64,000 nt of DNA, taken from Nitrososphaeria archaeon. GTDB lineage: Archaea > Thermoproteota > Nitrososphaeria > Nitrososphaerales > JANXEG01. A model generated the notes under the pieces. The model ran no database searches and was not told the origin of the DNA. It saw nothing but the letters and a program-made list of their open reading frames with translations. Made by a program: the position numbers and the translations under genes. The first letter of the stretch is position 1. Each line of letters begins with the position of its first letter. The stretch is taken from the NCBI GenBank assembly GCA_029775915.1, contig JARVKA010000004.1, forward strand, positions 56,015 to 120,014, given 5' to 3'. Shown one piece after another: positions 1-10,795 of this stretch.

Positions 1-846
1 ATTTTAGGGATTAGCATACCCTTATTGAAAAGGGTTTTAGAAGCAGGTGCTGGGGGTGTGGTAACGAAATCGATTGGTATTAAGCAAAGAGATGGTTATC
101 AAACTCCAAATATTGTTGAGACTTTTTGTGGTTATGTGAATGCGATAGGGCTTTCAAATCCAGGTATTGATGAGTTTATGAAAGAACTTCAAGAGTTTGA
201 TATAAGTGATATGCCGATTATCGTAAGTGTATTTGGTGGCTCAGAATTAGAATTCTCTAAGCTCGTATCTACTTTGGATAAAACTGATGTAAAAGGCTTT
301 GAACTTAATTTATCATGTCCTCATGTTGCTGGTTTAGGTGCGGAGGTAGGATCGAATCCAGATACGGTATATAAAATCACAAAAGAGGTAAAAAAGTGTA
401 GTAAAAAGCCCATATTTGTAAAGATTTCACCAAATGTTACAAATCATTTAGAAATTGCACGTGCTGCTGAGGATGGTGGTGCGGATGGTATTGTAGCGAT
501 TAATGCAGTTAGAGCAATGGTAATCGATATAGAAACGGGTAGACCGATTTTATCGAATAAAGTGGGCGGTTTATCTGGTCCTGCGATAAAGCCTATAGCT
601 GTGAGGTATGTATACGATATCTCAAGAAATGTTAAGATTCCAGTAATTGGATGTGGTGGGATTAATTGCTGGGAAGATGCGATTGAATTTATGTTAGCTG
701 GTGCTTCAGCTATACAAATAGGTACCGCTATAGCTTATAAAGGGTTGAATGTATTTAATGAGATTATTTATGGAATATCTGAGTATTTAAAGAGAAAGAG
801 TTATCATAGTGTGAAAGAGATCATTGGTTTAGCTCATAAATTTTGA
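1..846 (+). CDS. pyrD: dihydroorotate dehydrogenase catalytic subunit (class 1B PyrD), 5' end outside window
   Basis: Frame 1 is open from base 1 (ILGISIPLLKRVLEAGAGGVVTKSI...). The track start at 25 is a TTG. Motifs NAIGLSNPG, ELNLSCPH, GGLSGPAIKP and GCGGI are present. The gene is directly followed by pyrK. Confidence 0.9.
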   Translation: MLGISIPLLKRVLEAGAGGVVTKSIGIKQRDGYQTPNIVETFCGYVNAIGLSNPGIDEFMKELQEFDISDMPIIVSVFGGSELEFSKLVSTLDKTDVKGFELNLSCPHVAGLGAEVGSNPDTVYKITKEVKKCSKKPIFVKISPNVTNHLEIARAAEDGGADGIVAINAVRAMVIDIETGRPILSNKVGGLSGPAIKPIAVRYVYDISRNVKIPVIGCGGINCWEDAIEFMLAGASAIQIGTAIAYKGLNVFNEIIYGISEYLKRKSYHSVKEIIGLAHKF

Positions 847-919
847 AATAAAATCTTATTTCTTAAATAACTCCAATGAGGATAAAAACTTTTAAGGGAT
901 ATTTAATTAAAAAAATTGG

Positions 920-1759
920 ATGTTTAAATATCCAATTGATAAACCCATAAATAAACCGAGAATCGTTTCTATAAAGGCTTTTGAGAATGAGTCACCATTC
1001 ATTAAAACTATTTATTTCGATGATGATAATTGTAGTAAAGCTTTACCAGGCCAATTTATAATGGTTTGGGTTCCAGGTGTAAAAGAGTTTCCAATGAGTT
1101 TATCTTTGCCAAATGCAAAAGGGAGTGCAGCTATAACTGTGAAACCAATAGGTTTAGGAACTAAAGCATTGTATAATATGAAAATTGGTGATTTAATAGG
1201 TGTAAAAGGACCATATGGTACATATTTTCAGCCTGTAAAAGGCAAGGTATTAATCGTTGGTGGTGGTACTGGCCTTGCACCTCTCTCTTTACTTTGTTAT
1301 AAATATTTAAATTACTACTCAACTATTACAGTTATTATAGGGGCAAGAACCTCTAATCAACTTATCTTTATTGAAAAATTCAAAAATATTTTGAGGGATA
1401 AAGGTAGAATCGTGATTACAACCGATGATGGTAGTAAAGGATTTAAAGGATTTGCATCTGATGCTGCGAAGCAACTTATTAAAGCAGAGAATTTTGATAT
1501 GATATATGTTTGTGGACCTGAGTTAATGATTAAAGCAGTATTTGAATTAGCAGAAGAAAATCATATACCTATACAAGCGAGTCTTGAAAGAATTATGAAG
1601 TGCGGATTTGGGATATGTGGGAGTTGCTGTATAAATAAATACTTGGTTTGTAAAGATGGGCCAGTATTTAATACTCATCAATTAAGGGAGATGCAAAATG
1701 AATTGGGCTTATATTCAAGAGATTATTCAGGCAAGAGAGTTAGTATAAAAATTGATTGA
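920..1759 (+). CDS. pyrK: dihydroorotate dehydrogenase electron-transfer subunit (FAD/NAD-binding, 2Fe-2S)
   Basis: Has a ferredoxin-reductase-like layout (GGGTGLAPL) and a C-terminal cluster motif CGFGICGSCC. It lies adjacent to pyrD. Confidence 0.85.
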   Translation: MFKYPIDKPINKPRIVSIKAFENESPFIKTIYFDDDNCSKALPGQFIMVWVPGVKEFPMSLSLPNAKGSAAITVKPIGLGTKALYNMKIGDLIGVKGPYGTYFQPVKGKVLIVGGGTGLAPLSLLCYKYLNYYSTITVIIGARTSNQLIFIEKFKNILRDKGRIVITTDDGSKGFKGFASDAAKQLIKAENFDMIYVCGPELMIKAVFELAEENHIPIQASLERIMKCGFGICGSCCINKYLVCKDGPVFNTHQLREMQNELGLYSRDYSGKRVSIKID

Positions 1760-1809
1760 TTTAAGCTTAAATTCCAATCATTTCATTTATATGCATAATT
1801 AATAATAAA

Positions 1810-2280
1810 TTGATGTCTTTAAATAAAGTTAGTAGAAGGGTTGAGGATTATTTAAAGGCCATTTATGATATTATGGAGGAGAGAGGTTATGTTAAAATTA
1901 AAGATCTTTCAAATCGGCTTAATGTTAAACCACCATCTGTAACAGAAATGGTTAATAGATTGAGTAAAATGGGATTCGTTAATTATGAGAAGTATGGTGC
2001 AATTACTTTAACAGAAGATGGTAAGAGAATTGCGAAATCTGTTAAAACGAGGCATGATACCTTTGTTAAGCTTTTAGAGATGTTATCCATTCCTAAAGAG
2101 ATTGCAGAAAGAGATGCTCATGAGTTGGAGCATAGATTGCATCCTAAAACGATTGAACAATTTACTAAATTTGTAGATTTTTTATCAGAACTTTCGAGTA
2201 ATTTAAAGATTATGAAAAAATGGAATGATTTATTAAAGAAGTATAATGATAAATTTTCTGAAGATTTTCACAAATGTTAG
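1810..2280 (+). CDS. DtxR/MntR-family metal-dependent transcriptional repressor
   Basis: N-terminal wHTH (VEDYLKAIYDI...VKIKDLSNRLNVKPPSVTEMVNRL) and a helical metal-binding domain (RHDTF...HELEH). An ATG at 1813 is the likely true start. feoAB lies downstream. Confidence 0.85.
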   Translation: MMSLNKVSRRVEDYLKAIYDIMEERGYVKIKDLSNRLNVKPPSVTEMVNRLSKMGFVNYEKYGAITLTEDGKRIAKSVKTRHDTFVKLLEMLSIPKEIAERDAHELEHRLHPKTIEQFTKFVDFLSELSSNLKIMKKWNDLLKKYNDKFSEDFHKC

Positions 2281-2295
2281 GATAAATTATAAATA

Positions 2296-2310
2296 CCTAA
2301 ATAATTTAGG
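2296..2310. promoter_or_regulatory. candidate DtxR-type operator, palindrome CCTAAAT-A-ATTTAGG
   Basis: Perfect 7+1+7 palindrome between the repressor gene and feoA. The TTAGG/CCTAA half-sites resemble DtxR/IdeR-type boxes. Confidence 0.4.
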
Positions 2311-2417
2311 ATAACCTATAAATGCATCTAATGATGAAATAATAATTAGTGATCTTATTTATTGATAATTGTTAAATCACATCAAGATAATTAATTGAGA
2401 AATAAATTGGTGATTAT

Positions 2418-2693
2418 ATGGAAAAGCAAGATAGAAAAAAATACGAAGTACCTTTAACTATGTTGAAGGATGGACAAGTTGGTATTATAACTTCTATAAA
2501 AGCTGGGAGTGGTAAAGGTGGAGGCTTTGGATTTAAAAAAAGGCTTATGGATATGGGCCTTACTCCCGGAACAAAAGTAATAGTTGTAAAATCAGCTCCT
2601 TTTCATGGCCCTTTAGAAATTCTTGTGAGAGGTTCTAGATTGGCACTTGGTAGAGGTATGGCGGAGAGAATTTTTGTGGAAATAGAGGAGTGA
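2418..2693 (+). CDS. feoA: ferrous iron transport protein A (FeoA)
   Basis: Small 91-aa SH3-like protein (LKDGQVGIITSI...GLTPGTKVIVV) immediately upstream of feoB. Confidence 0.85.
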   Translation: MEKQDRKKYEVPLTMLKDGQVGIITSIKAGSGKGGGFGFKKRLMDMGLTPGTKVIVVKSAPFHGPLEILVRGSRLALGRGMAERIFVEIEE

Positions 2694-2696
2694 TGA

Positions 2697-4634
2697 ATGA
2701 ATAAAAAAAGATTACTCATAGCTTTAGCTGGGAATGCAAATGTTGGAAAATCTGTTATTTTCAATTATTTAACTGGGTTACATCAACATATTGGCAATTG
2801 GCCTGGTAAGACTGTTGAAAAAGCTGAAGGGACATTACACTTTAAAGGTTATACAATAGATATTATCGATTTACCTGGCATATATTCTCTCTCAACATAC
2901 TCTATTGAAGAATCTATATCTAGAAAGTATATTGCTATTGAGAAACCAGATTTAGTAATAAATGTTGTAGATGCATCCATTCTTGAGAGAAATTTATTCT
3001 TTACATTACAATTAATGGAGCTTGAGACTCCAATGATTATAGCATTAAATCAAATGGATGTAGCAAAGAAAAAAGGGATTGAGATTAATGTGAAAAAATT
3101 GGAGGAGCTTTTAGGAGTCCCAGTAATACCGACGGTAGCAATAAAGGGCATTGGTATCTTTCAACTTTTAGAAAAAACTATCGAAATTATTGAGAAAGGA
3201 TCGATTGTTAAATATAAAATAAGATATGGTGAGGAGATTGAAGAAAGACTTGCAAAGCTCGTTGAGATGATTAAGAATATTCAATTTTATTATCCGCCTA
3301 GATATGTTGCGATTAAATTATTAGAAGGTGATGAAGAGATTGAAAGAGAGATTAATAGAGTAAATCCTCAAATAATTTCATTTGCAAAAAAACTTGCGGG
3401 TGAAATTGAAAAGCTTCATAAGCACTCTTGCTCAACGGTAATTACTTCTGAGCGATATGAGGTTGCTGGTCGTATTGCAAGAGAGGTTCAAAGATTAACA
3501 CCACCAATAAAACTCACAATAGAGGAAAAGCTTCATACTTTAACAACTCATAAAATCTTTGGATATTTTATAATGATTCTCTCCTTCATTTTAATCTTCC
3601 ACGCTATCTTTACCTTTGGGAATTACACATCATCAATTTTAAGTGATCTTTTTTATAGTTATGAGCCTATTTTTGAAAGCTTTTTTGGTATAGGGATTTT
3701 AAAGGATTTGATTTGGGGTGGTGTTATTGAAGGGATTATTGCAGGTGTAACAATAGCTTTACCATACATTTTACCATTTTACATAATTTTGTATCTTTTA
3801 GAAGATTCTGGCTACATTAGTAGAATTGCATTTTTAATGGATAATATTATGCATAAAATGGGCTTGCATGGGAAGGCTATTATCCCTTTGATACTTGGTT
3901 ATGGTTGCAATGTTCCAGCTTGTATAGCTTGTAGAATAATGGAGACAGAAAGGGAGAGAATTCTTGCAGCTTTCGTAACAACTTTAATCCCTTGTGCAGC
4001 AAGAACTGTTATTATACTTGGATTAGTAGGCCAATTTTTAGGTACTCAATATGCTTTAACACTTTATATTATCGATTTATTAATTATCCTTGTTATAGGA
4101 AGGTTCGCATTCAAATTTTTACCAGGAGAGCCAACCGCTTTAATTATGGAGATGCATGATTATAAAATACCTCATTTAAAAACCGTTTTGAGTCAAACAT
4201 GGTTCAGATTGATTGAATTTATAAAAATAGCTTTCCCTTTAATAATTATTGGTAGCTTAATAATAAAGCTCATAGAGATTTTAGGTTTTTTGGAATTAAT
4301 CATTAACACACTTGCTCCAATAACTGTCACATGGTTAGGATTACCAGCTATTACAGGTGTGATATTAATCTTTGGTATTTTGAGAAAAGAGTTGATATTA
4401 ATTATGCTCGCAACCCTTCTTGAGACAACAGATTTTTCACAAGTCTTAACACCAATTCAAATGATTGTGCTCACTTTAGTAGCGATGTTTTACATACCTT
4501 GTATATCAACGATTGCAACTTTAATTAAAGAGCTCGGATGGAAAAAAGCACTCTTTATAACGGTATTTGAAATATTTTTTGCAATAACCTTAGGCGGGAT
4601 TGCATTAAGGGTATTGAAGTTATCATTAATGTAA
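2697..4634 (+). CDS. feoB: ferrous iron transporter FeoB (G-domain plus polytopic membrane domain)
   Basis: GTPase motifs [12 protein letters not shown] and NQMD, followed by a long hydrophobic gate domain. Confidence 0.95.
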   Translation: MNKKRLLIALAGNANVGKSVIFNYLTGLHQHIGNWPGKTVEKAEGTLHFKGYTIDIIDLPGIYSLSTYSIEESISRKYIAIEKPDLVINVVDASILERNLFFTLQLMELETPMIIALNQMDVAKKKGIEINVKKLEELLGVPVIPTVAIKGIGIFQLLEKTIEIIEKGSIVKYKIRYGEEIEERLAKLVEMIKNIQFYYPPRYVAIKLLEGDEEIEREINRVNPQIISFAKKLAGEIEKLHKHSCSTVITSERYEVAGRIAREVQRLTPPIKLTIEEKLHTLTTHKIFGYFIMILSFILIFHAIFTFGNYTSSILSDLFYSYEPIFESFFGIGILKDLIWGGVIEGIIAGVTIALPYILPFYIILYLLEDSGYISRIAFLMDNIMHKMGLHGKAIIPLILGYGCNVPACIACRIMETERERILAAFVTTLIPCAARTVIILGLVGQFLGTQYALTLYIIDLLIILVIGRFAFKFLPGEPTALIMEMHDYKIPHLKTVLSQTWFRLIEFIKIAFPLIIIGSLIIKLIEILGFLELIINTLAPITVTWLGLPAITGVILIFGILRKELILIMLATLLETTDFSQVLTPIQMIVLTLVAMFYIPCISTIATLIKELGWKKALFITVFEIFFAITLGGIALRVLKLSLM

Positions 4635-4856
4635 TTGAGTAAAAATTGCAAACTTCAAATTGCAAAATAATCATCAATATGTTAAAAACACAATAAAATT
4701 ATTTTTCAAAATCTAACATATATATGAGTTATCTCATAATCAAATTTAATAAAAACAAACAACAATGATTACCTTATTTTTTAAAATATTTAAAGATTAA
4801 TCAAAATTATAAAAATGGTTTATAAAAGTTCATATATTTCATTACTCTAAAGAATT

Positions 4857-6683
4857 ATGATAAAAATGGTTAAAGCAGGAGGTTATGCAAATAAGCTCGG
4901 TTGGGTTAATTTAACTGAGAAAAAAATTGAATATAGAGAGATTGATGAAAATATAGCTTACAAATATATTGGTGGTAGAGGTCTTGGTGTAAAGCTTGTA
5001 TATGATAATGGTCCTGGTAAAGATCCATTCTCACCTGAGAATATATTAGCAATTCTTGTAGGCCCATTAACGGGCACATTAACCCCTATGAGCTCTAGAA
5101 TAGTTGCAGTTACAAGATCACCATTAACTGGGACTGTTACAGATAGCCATGCAGGTGGTTATATCGGTCCAGCTTTAAAATGGGCTGGTTTTGATGGTGT
5201 AGTATTAAGTGGTAAAAGTGATCAACCCGTTTACCTTATCGCAAAAGATGGTAAAATAACTATTGAAGATGCTTCTCAAATTTGGGGCAAAGATGTTTTC
5301 ACAATGACAAGCTTGCTTAAGCAAAAGCATGGTGAGGTAGCAAAGGTTTATGGTATAGGTCCAGCGGGTGAGAATCTTTGTAGAGAGGCTAATATAATGC
5401 ATGATGCAGGTAGAGCGAGTGGAAGGGGTGGTGTAGGTGCAGTTATGGGTTCAAAAAAGGTTAAAGCGTTAGTTGTGATTGGGGATGAAAAAGCTATATC
5501 AAAACCAGCGAATCCTGATAAGTTTAATGAAGTTAGAGAGCGAGTACTTAAACGTATAATTGAGAGTCCAGTTACCTCTCCAGGTAAGGGAGGATTATCA
5601 GTATATGGAACGAGTGTTTTAGTTAATATAGTTAATGAGCTTGGAGCTTATCCTACACGTAATGCAAAAGATACTCAATTCGAATTCGCTTTTTACACAA
5701 GTGGTGAGAATTTAAGAGGGACTATATTAAGAGAGACTCCAACTTGCTTCGGATGTCCAGTTCATTGTAAAAGGCATAGTGAAGTATCGGATGGGAAGTA
5801 TAAGCATAAGTCTGAGGGGCCTGAGTATGAAACATGCTGGTCTCTCGGTGCGATGATAGGTGTTGGCCATATAGAAGCGGTATCATATCTCAATTACTTA
5901 TGCAATTATTATGGCTTAGATACGATTAGTGTTGGCTGTACATTAGCTATGGCTTGTGAAGCAACGGAAAGAGGCCTTCTTAAGGATGGTGTTCGCTTTG
6001 GGGATGTTGATGGACTTGCAGATATGATAAGAAAGATCGCTTTGAGAGAGGGTGTTGGAGATATACTTGCTGAAGGTACTTTAAGAGCTGCTGAAAAGCT
6101 TGGTGATAAGGATTTAGCTATGACGGTTAAAAGTCAAGGTATACCTGCATATGATCCAAGAGGTTTAAGAGGTTTCATTATAGCTTACTCAACATCTAAT
6201 AGAGGAGCTTGCCATTTGAGAGCTTACACAACTTCATCTGAAATTCTTGGAATACCATATAAAACTGATCCACTTGCGATTGAGGGTAAAGTTGATCTTG
6301 TAATAATGCTACAAAACTTATTTAGTGTTACCGATAGCTTAAATGTATGTAAGTTTAGCACATTCGCTTATAAATTAGAGGATTATGCCGATTTACTCTC
6401 AAGCGTAACAGGTTGGGATATTAATCCAAATGAGTTAATGAAAATAGGTGAGAGAATTTGGAATTTAGAAAGGTATTACAATCAACTTTGTGGCTTTGAT
6501 AGAAAGGATGATAAATTACCGAGGAGGTTTTATATTGAGCCCGCACCATCTGGACCGGCAAAAGGTTGGAGAGTTGATGAAGCATTATTCGAGAAGATTA
6601 TAGATGAATATTATGAGAAAAGAGGATGGACAAAAGATGGTAAAGTTCCAGAAGCTAAGTTAAGAGAGTTAGGAATAATATAA
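4857..6683 (+). CDS. aor: aldehyde:ferredoxin oxidoreductase family (tungstopterin enzyme)
   Basis: 608 aa with a typical AOR N-terminus (GYANKLGWVNLTEKKIEY...YIGGRGLG) and a 4Fe-4S ligand region (CFGCPVHCKR...C). Confidence 0.9.
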   Translation: MIKMVKAGGYANKLGWVNLTEKKIEYREIDENIAYKYIGGRGLGVKLVYDNGPGKDPFSPENILAILVGPLTGTLTPMSSRIVAVTRSPLTGTVTDSHAGGYIGPALKWAGFDGVVLSGKSDQPVYLIAKDGKITIEDASQIWGKDVFTMTSLLKQKHGEVAKVYGIGPAGENLCREANIMHDAGRASGRGGVGAVMGSKKVKALVVIGDEKAISKPANPDKFNEVRERVLKRIIESPVTSPGKGGLSVYGTSVLVNIVNELGAYPTRNAKDTQFEFAFYTSGENLRGTILRETPTCFGCPVHCKRHSEVSDGKYKHKSEGPEYETCWSLGAMIGVGHIEAVSYLNYLCNYYGLDTISVGCTLAMACEATERGLLKDGVRFGDVDGLADMIRKIALREGVGDILAEGTLRAAEKLGDKDLAMTVKSQGIPAYDPRGLRGFIIAYSTSNRGACHLRAYTTSSEILGIPYKTDPLAIEGKVDLVIMLQNLFSVTDSLNVCKFSTFAYKLEDYADLLSSVTGWDINPNELMKIGERIWNLERYYNQLCGFDRKDDKLPRRFYIEPAPSGPAKGWRVDEALFEKIIDEYYEKRGWTKDGKVPEAKLRELGII

Positions 6684-6723
6684 TCTCAAAATAATCTCTA
6701 AACCCGCCCACCTTTCTTTTTAT

Positions 6724-7011
6724 TTATCCACCAGCTACAGGTGGTATTAAAGTAATCACATCACCATTTTTTAACTCAGTTTCCAAACCTTTAAGGAATT
6801 CTATATTCCTACCATTAATGAAGATCTTCACAAATGGATTTAATTCACCTTTTTCATTAAAGATATAGCGAGTGAATTGCTCACCATATTTTTCTGCAAG
6901 TATATTTAAGAGCGTATTAACATTAATATTATCTTTTAATTCTAATTGAATTTGACCAGTAGAGCCGAGTATCTCTCTAAGAGTTGCGAAAGCCTTTATT
7001 AAAACTCTCAT
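6724..7011 (-). CDS. MoaD/ThiS-family ubiquitin-like sulfur-carrier protein
   Basis: 95 aa, beta-grasp-sized, with a C-terminal diglycine (LIPPVAGG). Convergent with aor. Confidence 0.75.
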   Translation of the reverse strand: MRVLIKAFATLREILGSTGQIQLELKDNINVNTLLNILAEKYGEQFTRYIFNEKGELNPFVKIFINGRNIEFLKGLETELKNGDVITLIPPVAGG

Positions 7012-7191
7012 TACATTATCAATAATATAGTGTATCTTTGTATTAATAAGTTGATAGTATTTATTTTTCTATATTAATGAAAAGAGATTGAATTTTGAGT
7101 AATGAGTTATCAAGATATTCAATTATGCAAAGCCTTTTGAAAGTTTACATATAAATATTACCAAAGCTTAATCAAGTATGGAGAGATTGTA

Positions 7192-9726
7192 TTGAAAACA
7201 AAGCTTCTCATCACACTCACATTAATCGCTATATTAATCTTAACTAATACAATGAAATTTAATTCAATTTTGGCTGAGGAGCGAAGAGGAGCATATTTAG
7301 ATGAGATAATTTTTATTCATTATTTGGATGAGCAAGTAGCGATTAAAGAGGTTCAAGCTGGTAATCTTCACACTTACTTTTGGCGCATACCTTTAGGCCT
7401 TGCAGAGCAATTAAAAGCTGATCCTAATGTGCAAATATATGAAGCGCCGGGTGGAATTCTTAGCCTTTTATTAAATCCAGCACCAGTTAAAGATGAATTA
7501 AATCCATTCACAATAAGGGATGTGAGATATGCAATAAATTATTTAATAAATAGAAAATACATCGTAAATGAGATTTTAAGAGGATATGGGGAAGAAATGG
7601 TTGCGTGTTATGGTCCTTACGATCCCGATTACCTTGTGGTAGCTGATATAGTAGAGGCTTTGAATATTAAATACAATTTTGAGTTAGCGAATAAAATTAT
7701 TAGTGATGCTTTAATCAATAAAGGAGCTAAAAAGATTGATGGTAAATGGTTTTATAATAATAAACCTATTACATTAAAATTCTTCATAAGGAGTGATGAT
7801 CCAAGGAGAAAGAGTATTGGTGAAGTATTAGCTTCTGAACTTGAGAAAATAGGTTTTAATATTGATAAAATATTCGGAGATTTGGCTAAAGCTACTGATA
7901 TAATTTACGGTTCTGATCCTAAAGTTGGAGAGTGGCATTTATATACTGAGGGTTGGGGCCGTTCAGCTTTTGTTAAATACGATAATGTTATAGTATCTCA
8001 ATTTTATGCACCATGGTTCGGTTATATGCCCGGTTATGGTGAGCCAACTTATTGGAATTATAAGCATGATGAATTAGATGCTGTAACTAAAAGGATAACT
8101 ACTGGAAATTTCACATCTAAAGATGAAAGAGATTCATTAATTAAAAAAGCGGTAGCATTGGGAATTGAGGAAGCTATTAGGATATTTATAGCATCGAATA
8201 TCGATCCATATATTGTTAGTAAGAGTGTTGGTGGAGTTGTTAATGATTTTGGAGCTGGTATTACGAATAGATGGTCTTTAATAAATATGAGAATAGGTGG
8301 AGTTACGGGTGGGAGTTTAAAAGTAGGTATGAAGCAAATTTATCAAAATCCTTGGAATCCAGTTAGAGGATTGGTAGATTGGTATGCTACAAGAATATGG
8401 TATGGAGTTTACGATCCTGCAACATGGACCAATCCTCATACAGGCGATATAATACCAGTTAGAGTTGAGTGGAAGGTTGAGAGTGCTGGCCCTAAAGGTA
8501 AGCTTAAAGTTCCTAATGATGCGATAATTTGGGATCCTTATGTTGAGAAATGGAAGAATGTTGGTAATAATATTACCGCTATTAGCAAAGTTACTTTTAA
8601 TCTCAAGTATAGTAATTGGCATCATGGCCAAGCTATGAGAATAAGTGATCTTCTCTACTCGATTTACTTCTTTTTTGAATGGGGTACAAAAGAGAGTGAT
8701 AATGATCCTACATTCGATCCTGAATACACATCGCAAACCGAGCCTATGGTAAAGACCAATAAAGGAATACGCTTTCTTAATGAAAATACGGTAGAGGTTT
8801 ATGTAGATTATTGGCATTTTGATGAAAATTACATAGCTGATTATGCATCTGTATGGTCATCTACACCATGGGAGTTAATGGCTGCTATGGAGAAAATTGT
8901 AATAAATAAAGAGGGGGCTTTTTCACGCTCAGCAAGTAAAGCGATGAATGTACCATGGCTTTGCCAATTAATAAAAAGTAATGCAGAGATGATAAAGAAA
9001 AAACTTATTGAGTTCAAAAATGAAGGAGTAATACCAGAACCTTTAAAGAATTATGTATCATTAGATGAGGCTAAGCGAAGGTATGATGCATCTATAAATT
9101 GGATCGATCAACATAGCCATGCAGTAATAAGTAATGGACCATATTATTTAGATAGTTACAACCCTGAAGCTAGAACTATTGTTATAAAGCTCTTTAAAGA
9201 TCCAACTTATCCATTCGATTTTGGAGCTTGGAATCATTTCCAAATCTTAAAGGTTGCGAAAGTTAAGAAGATTGAGATGCCAACGGTAATTATGATTAAT
9301 AAATCTGCTACAATAAAGATACTAATCGATGTAGGAGGAGAGTTAAGCCATGATGCTGAAGTGAATTATAGATTAATTAATCCCGAAGGCAAGACTATTG
9401 AAAAAGGAAATGCGAAACCTTCAGAATCGATAGGTACTTTTGTGATAGATATTCCAAAGGAATTTACATCAAAATTGAATGTAGGTTCATACACATTAAA
9501 GGTATTTGCAATTAGTAAGAAAGCGATAAAGCCAGATATTTATGAGATAAGTTTTATCGTTAGTGAAGCGCCCATTGAAAAACCATCGCCCTCACCAACA
9601 TTAACCCCAACTCCAATTACTCAAATTTTAGGATTTGAAATTTTTGCAATTGTATTTTTAATAGCTATTTTTTTAATACTCACAATATTAATAATGAGAA
9701 GGAGAATTGTTAAAGTCAAATCTTAA
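7192..9726 (+). CDS. ABC transporter substrate-binding protein, family 5 (peptide/oligosaccharide type), membrane-anchored
   Basis: Has an N-terminal signal/TM segment, a large SBP_bac_5-like body, a C-terminal Pro/Thr linker (PSPSPTLTPTP) and a TM anchor. First gene of a 5-gene ABC operon. Confidence 0.85.
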   Translation: MKTKLLITLTLIAILILTNTMKFNSILAEERRGAYLDEIIFIHYLDEQVAIKEVQAGNLHTYFWRIPLGLAEQLKADPNVQIYEAPGGILSLLLNPAPVKDELNPFTIRDVRYAINYLINRKYIVNEILRGYGEEMVACYGPYDPDYLVVADIVEALNIKYNFELANKIISDALINKGAKKIDGKWFYNNKPITLKFFIRSDDPRRKSIGEVLASELEKIGFNIDKIFGDLAKATDIIYGSDPKVGEWHLYTEGWGRSAFVKYDNVIVSQFYAPWFGYMPGYGEPTYWNYKHDELDAVTKRITTGNFTSKDERDSLIKKAVALGIEEAIRIFIASNIDPYIVSKSVGGVVNDFGAGITNRWSLINMRIGGVTGGSLKVGMKQIYQNPWNPVRGLVDWYATRIWYGVYDPATWTNPHTGDIIPVRVEWKVESAGPKGKLKVPNDAIIWDPYVEKWKNVGNNITAISKVTFNLKYSNWHHGQAMRISDLLYSIYFFFEWGTKESDNDPTFDPEYTSQTEPMVKTNKGIRFLNENTVEVYVDYWHFDENYIADYASVWSSTPWELMAAMEKIVINKEGAFSRSASKAMNVPWLCQLIKSNAEMIKKKLIEFKNEGVIPEPLKNYVSLDEAKRRYDASINWIDQHSHAVISNGPYYLDSYNPEARTIVIKLFKDPTYPFDFGAWNHFQILKVAKVKKIEMPTVIMINKSATIKILIDVGGELSHDAEVNYRLINPEGKTIEKGNAKPSESIGTFVIDIPKEFTSKLNVGSYTLKVFAISKKAIKPDIYEISFIVSEAPIEKPSPSPTLTPTPITQILGFEIFAIVFLIAIFLILTILIMRRRIVKVKS

Positions 9727-9742
9727 ATTTTGATGATAAAAT

Positions 9743-10795
9743 ATGGGCGTAAGTAAATTTTTAATATCCAGAGCTTTGAATATGGTGCTTGTATTATTTG
9801 CTACAATCTTTATAACAATAGCCATAGTTGGTCCAACGATGGATACAATATTAAAAAGATCTATAGAGATAGAAGTTAAGGCATCAATTTTACAAAGTAA
9901 AGAGGTAATGATTGCCTTTAAAGACCCTAAAGATTTAGAGAATTATATACAATTGCAAGTGAGGAATGCGATTGAAAGTCTTGGCTTAAATGAACCTTGG
10001 TATTCGCCGAGAAGATTATGGACAGTTATTTGGAAGCTTATCACATTAGATCTTGGCCAATCATACTATTTGAGAAGTTATAGTGGATCTGGTAATGTGA
10101 GAGAGATAATTTTAGAAGCTTTACCTAGAACTATATTATTATTCACTACAGCTACAATATTAAACTCAATTATCGGTATTTTATTAGGTGTTATTATAGC
10201 GCGTAAATCTGGATCGATTATTGATAAGTTTGCATCAACATTCGCAGTTGTTAGTAATAGCTTCCCATTATGGTGGGTCGGTATGATTATGATTATTATA
10301 TTTGCATATACATTTAAGCTCTTTCCAGCTAGAGCTACACCTTTAATTCCTCCTAGCGATCCAAATTACCCTTTAGCTCTTATCCATCACATGATCCTTC
10401 CTTTAATTACACTAATACTGATAGGTTTTGGTGGTTGGACTTACGTGGTTAGAAATATTATGATTGGAGTATTGCAAGAGGATTACATTACTGTAGCTGT
10501 GGCAAAAGGAACCCCTGAGAGAAAGATACTTTATGGCCATGCTTTGAGAAGTGCAGCCCCACCGATAATAACGATGATCGCATTAAGCTCCTCAGGATCT
10601 TTAGGAGGAGCTATAATTACTGAGGCGGTTTTTGATTGGCCTGGTATTGGTAGGCTTTATTGGAATGCAGTTAGCGTGCTTGATATACCAGTTATTATAG
10701 GCCTTACATACATAACGACTATCGTATTTTTAATTAGTGTATTTATTGCTGATATTCTCTATAGTGTATTTGATCCTAGAGTAAAAGTTGGGTGA
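9743..10795 (+). CDS. ABC transporter permease (DppB/OppB type)
   Basis: Multi-TM protein with an EAA-like loop (AVAKGTPERKILYGHALRSA). The operon context supports the call. Confidence 0.9.
   Translation: MGVSKFLISRALNMVLVLFATIFITIAIVGPTMDTILKRSIEIEVKASILQSKEVMIAFKDPKDLENYIQLQVRNAIESLGLNEPWYSPRRLWTVIWKLITLDLGQSYYLRSYSGSGNVREIILEALPRTILLFTTATILNSIIGILLGVIIARKSGSIIDKFASTFAVVSNSFPLWWVGMIMIIIFAYTFKLFPARATPLIPPSDPNYPLALIHHMILPLITLILIGFGGWTYVVRNIMIGVLQEDYITVAVAKGTPERKILYGHALRSAAPPIITMIALSSSGSLGGAIITEAVFDWPGIGRLYWNAVSVLDIPVIIGLTYITTIVFLISVFIADILYSVFDPRVKVG

Noticed and set aside
8317-8817. 166-aa antisense ORF inside the ABC substrate-binding protein gene. The same class includes 5205-5402, 12047-12232, 16397-16582, 17740-17970, 18545-18766, 21075-21389 and 22610-22810. 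It also includes 28399-28863, 31026-31253, 31911-32234, 33708-34193, 35997-36200, 37414-37656, 40471-40731, 41454-41648 and 43268-43582. The remaining members are 49421-49615, 50033-50975, 51141-51395, 53258-53449, 58365-58661, 59034-59234 and 59632-59817.
   Set aside because: All are shadow ORFs on the opposite strand or in another frame of genes with strong motif support. Their sequences are low-complexity and carry no recognisable motifs.
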